Assembly (NCBI GenBank): GCA_965222075.1
Contig: OZ244937.1
Location: forward strand, 1,664,001 to 1,728,000
DNA from: Candidatus Latescibacterota bacterium
GTDB taxonomy: Bacteria; Latescibacterota; UBA2968; GCA-2709665
DNA: 64,000 nt
Direction of reading: 5' to 3'
Shown: piece after piece, positions 61,173 to 64,000 of the stretch
Position numbering within the stretch: the stretch's first letter is position 1
Layout of the letters: each line of letters opens with the position of its first letter
Made by a program: the position numbers and the translations under genes
The notes under the pieces: model-generated
What the model was told of the DNA's origin: nothing
The model's input: the letters and a program-made list of their open reading frames with translations, nothing else
The model's database searches: none

Positions 61173-63089
61173 CTATGCTCCTGTCCCTACTTCCAAATCG
61201 GCATCGCTACGATGATACCGCGCAGCGTCAGGGAAGAAGACGCTCAGCACCTGTCGGGCAATGCCCTGTGCGTCCAGTTGCAGCCGATGTCGTTGGTCAG
61301 TCGCAGTGCCGTGCTCAATGAAGGAATCCGGCATACCGATGCGATGCACCGATACATCCTCCAGTCCGGCCTCGGTGAGGGCTTCAAGTACGGCAGAGCC
61401 GAACCCTCCGGCAAGCACATTTTCCTCCACGGTGACGATACGCCCGACGCTGCGGGCTGCGTTTAACAGCAGCTCTACATCGAACGGCTTCACAAAGAGC
61501 GGATTCACTACGCCGCAGTCGATACCATACTCGGCAAGCATTTCTGCTGCCTGCACGGCTGCGTCGGCAGGCTTGCCCAGACCAAAGACAACGACATCGC
61601 GTCCCTCCCTGACAACATAGCCCTTGCCCAGCGGCAGCTCCTTGAGGTCGCTGTCGAGCGGCGCGCCCGTGGCGGTTCCCCTGGCGATGCGGATAGCGAA
61701 GGGTCCCTGGTGTCTATAGGCGGTATAGACGAGATGTTGTAAATCGTTTTCGTCCATCGGCGCTGCTACGACGGCGTTGGGAAGACACCGCAGGTATGAG
61801 ATGTCGAATGCGCCGTGGTGTGTCTTGCCGTCCTCTCCGACGATGCCCGCACGATCGGCTATCAGCGTCACGGGCAGGTTCTGCAAGCAGACATCATGCA
61901 CCACCTGATCGAACGCCCGCTGGAGGAATGTGGAGTAGATTGAGACGAAGGGGGTGAGTCCGGTGGATGCCATTCCCGCCGCCATGCTGACGGCGTGCTG
62001 CTCCGCGATGCCGACATCGAAGACTTTGTCCGGGAATTCGTTCCGCACTTCCGCCAGCCCCGTGCCCTCAAGCATCGCCGCAGAGATGCCGACGACGGAT
62101 TCGTCCTCGCGCATGAGGCGTGTGAGTGTCTGGGCAAACACCTTTGAGTAAGTGGGCGCTCCCGACGAGTCTCCCAACGGCGAGCTTGGCTGGTGAAACT
62201 TGACGGGATCGTCCTCAGCAGGTTCATAACCATGCCCCTTATGCGTAACGACATGTACCAGAGGCACGAAGCCGGTGGATATTCTGGCTTGCCGAAGTGT
62301 GTCTTCAAGCTGCTCGAAGTCGTGCCCGTCCACGGGTCCCAGGTATTGAAAACCCATCTCGTTCCAGAACATCGTGGGCAGGATGAAACTTTCTACCCCG
62401 TCATTGAGCCTTTTGACAAGTTGGTAAATCAGCTCGCCCGTGGGCACCCTCTTCGAAAGAGCGGTCATACGCCTGATCATCGCGTGATACTGCGGGTGCG
62501 TAATCAGACGCTTGCGCCAGTTGGTGAGGAAGCCGATATTCTCAGAGATGGACATCCCGTTGTCGTTGAGGACCACAATCAGCTTTTCAGGGTTGAGATG
62601 CACGATGTTGTTCAGCGCCTCAAAGCTTGAGCCGGAAGTCATCGCCCCGTCCCCGACCACCGCGATAGTCCACGAGTCGATCTGCCGATTCGCCGCGCCT
62701 TGCGCTATGCCCAGAGCGATGGAAAGTCCCGTGCCGGCGTGCCCCGCACAGAGTGTGTCGTGCGGGCTTTCGCTTGGCTCTCCGAACCCTGACAGCCCGC
62801 CCTCTAATCGGATGTCCTTGAACTCGTTGCGGCGTCCTGTCACCAGCTTGTGCGTGTAGAGCTGGTTGGTGGTATCCCAGACGATGCGGTCCGTGGGGCT
62901 GTCGAAAATGCGGTGCAGCGCCAGGGTGAGCTCGACCACGCCCAGATTGGAAGCCAAATGACCGCCGCGCTCGGTTATCACGGAGATGATGGTGTCTCGC
63001 GCCTCCTGCGCAACTTGCGTCAACTCTTCGTGGTTCAGCGCTTTGAGGTCACTCGGTGCGTCAATCCTATCCAAAATACGGCTGACCAT
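61173..63089 (-). CDS. dxs: 1-deoxy-D-xylulose-5-phosphate synthase (divergent)
   Basis: GGHLASNLG, GDGAMTSG..NDN, DVGIAEQH, YSTFLQRAFDQ, GEDGKTH. Confidence 0.9.
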   Translation of the reverse strand: MVSRILDRIDAPSDLKALNHEELTQVAQEARDTIISVITERGGHLASNLGVVELTLALHRIFDSPTDRIVWDTTNQLYTHKLVTGRRNEFKDIRLEGGLSGFGEPSESPHDTLCAGHAGTGLSIALGIAQGAANRQIDSWTIAVVGDGAMTSGSSFEALNNIVHLNPEKLIVVLNDNGMSISENIGFLTNWRKRLITHPQYHAMIRRMTALSKRVPTGELIYQLVKRLNDGVESFILPTMFWNEMGFQYLGPVDGHDFEQLEDTLRQARISTGFVPLVHVVTHKGHGYEPAEDDPVKFHQPSSPLGDSSGAPTYSKVFAQTLTRLMREDESVVGISAAMLEGTGLAEVRNEFPDKVFDVGIAEQHAVSMAAGMASTGLTPFVSIYSTFLQRAFDQVVHDVCLQNLPVTLIADRAGIVGEDGKTHHGAFDISYLRCLPNAVVAAPMDENDLQHLVYTAYRHQGPFAIRIARGTATGAPLDSDLKELPLGKGYVVREGRDVVVFGLGKPADAAVQAAEMLAEYGIDCGVVNPLFVKPFDVELLLNAARSVGRIVTVEENVLAGGFGSAVLEALTEAGLEDVSVHRIGMPDSFIEHGTATDQRHRLQLDAQGIARQVLSVFFPDAARYHRSDADLEVGTGA

Positions 63090-63200
63090 TGAAAACCTCC
63101 TTGTTGGCGGCTCGAGGCGGTTTCAAATCGGCCCCTCAAGGTGGACGGGACGAGGTGGAACTCATGGCGTCCCACGGATCGCGATCGCCCATCGGTGGTG

Positions 63201-64000
63201 TCAACTCTTCCCCGGCACCGGAATCCCATACCGGTGAAGCGTGCTTTCCAGCGTCGGCCGGCCCAGACGAATCCGACCGTCGTTCAACAGGTAAGAGAAC
63301 AGGTACCCGGCGCCGAGCATGAGGATGCCGATGAGGAAGCAGTACATGACGGCTCTGTCGGGATAGACATCCTTCAAATGCCCTACGTACAGTGGTCCGG
63401 AGATCCCGGCGGCGGCCCACGCCGTCAGAACCGCGCCGTAGATCGTGGACATCTTCCTGGTACCGAAAACGTCGAGAACGAAGGGAGGCATGGTGGCGAA
63501 TCCACCTCCGAAACAGAGCAGGACATAGCAGACCAGGACGGAGAAAACCCAGGGGTTGGTCTCCGTCATGAGAACCCCGAAGACGACCATTTGACTGGCA
63601 AGCAGCACCCTGAAAACCGTGGCCCGGCCGATGCGGTCCGAAAGCAATCCCCAGAAGAGGCGCCCCAACCCGTTGCAAATCGAGCTGACGGCAATGAGCG
63701 TCGCGCCGTAAGCGGCAAGCGTGGTCGGCTCGACCGAGGGATCGGCCAGGCCCCAGACCTCCTGAAGGAGCTCCGACTGAAAGCTGACCACCGAGATCCC
63801 CGCGGCGATATTGAAGAAGAAAACGATCCACATGATGATGAATTGGGTGGTGCGCAGGTACGCGCCGGCAGACTCCGGCTCCCCGAATCCCGCGGGCTCG
63901 CCCGCGCTGCTGCCGGTCCGGGACTCGGACTCTGGGGGATTGCTCAAGACAAGGCTGCAGGGAATCAGAATGCAAGCGAATACGACGCCAAGCCAGATGA
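63201..64000 (-). CDS. OFA-family MFS transporter, 5' end outside the window
   Basis: NGLGRLFWGLLSDRIGR, CFGGGFATMP..DVFG, IYG..LTAW. Confidence 0.85.
   Translation of the reverse strand, partial: IWLGVVFACILIPCSLVLSNPPESESRTGSSAGEPAGFGEPESAGAYLRTTQFIIMWIVFFFNIAAGISVVSFQSELLQEVWGLADPSVEPTTLAAYGATLIAVSSICNGLGRLFWGLLSDRIGRATVFRVLLASQMVVFGVLMTETNPWVFSVLVCYVLLCFGGGFATMPPFVLDVFGTRKMSTIYGAVLTAWAAAGISGPLYVGHLKDVYPDRAVMYCFLIGILMLGAGYLFSYLLNDGRIRLGRPTLESTLHRYGIPVPGKS

Overview
GC-rich bacterial window. The dockerin/EF-hand-tailed secreted protein and the FCB-type outer-membrane pair suggest a Latescibacterota/FCB-like host (inference). 1-6.1 kb is a decayed defence/toxin-antitoxin patch carrying remnants of three different CRISPR repeat families. 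6.1-22.6 kb is a complete type I-B CRISPR-Cas locus on the minus strand: WYL regulator, cas8b, cas7, cas5, cas3, cas6, cas1, cas2, cas4, leader and an array of about 87 repeats (manual count). Between the WYL gene and cas8b is a two-pseudo-repeat mini-array whose 25-nt spacer matches the predicted cas promoter next to a TTA PAM, a candidate Cascade-guided autorepression circuit. Next come housekeeping/envelope genes, a metal-homeostasis island (two Feo systems, three DtxR-family proteins, ArsR plus P1B ATPase) and sugar-acid catabolism genes with an ABC transporter. The last 11 kb is a mosaic of katG, an AAA-PD-(D/E)XK gene, GPP34, an NCS2 fusion, a divergent dxs, an OFA transporter, and sterol-reductase and SulP fragments. 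A family of tiny CCTGYCTG...CAGRCAGG palindromes has inserted in frame into genes, into a CRISPR repeat and into each other. All calls are by eye; no searches were run.
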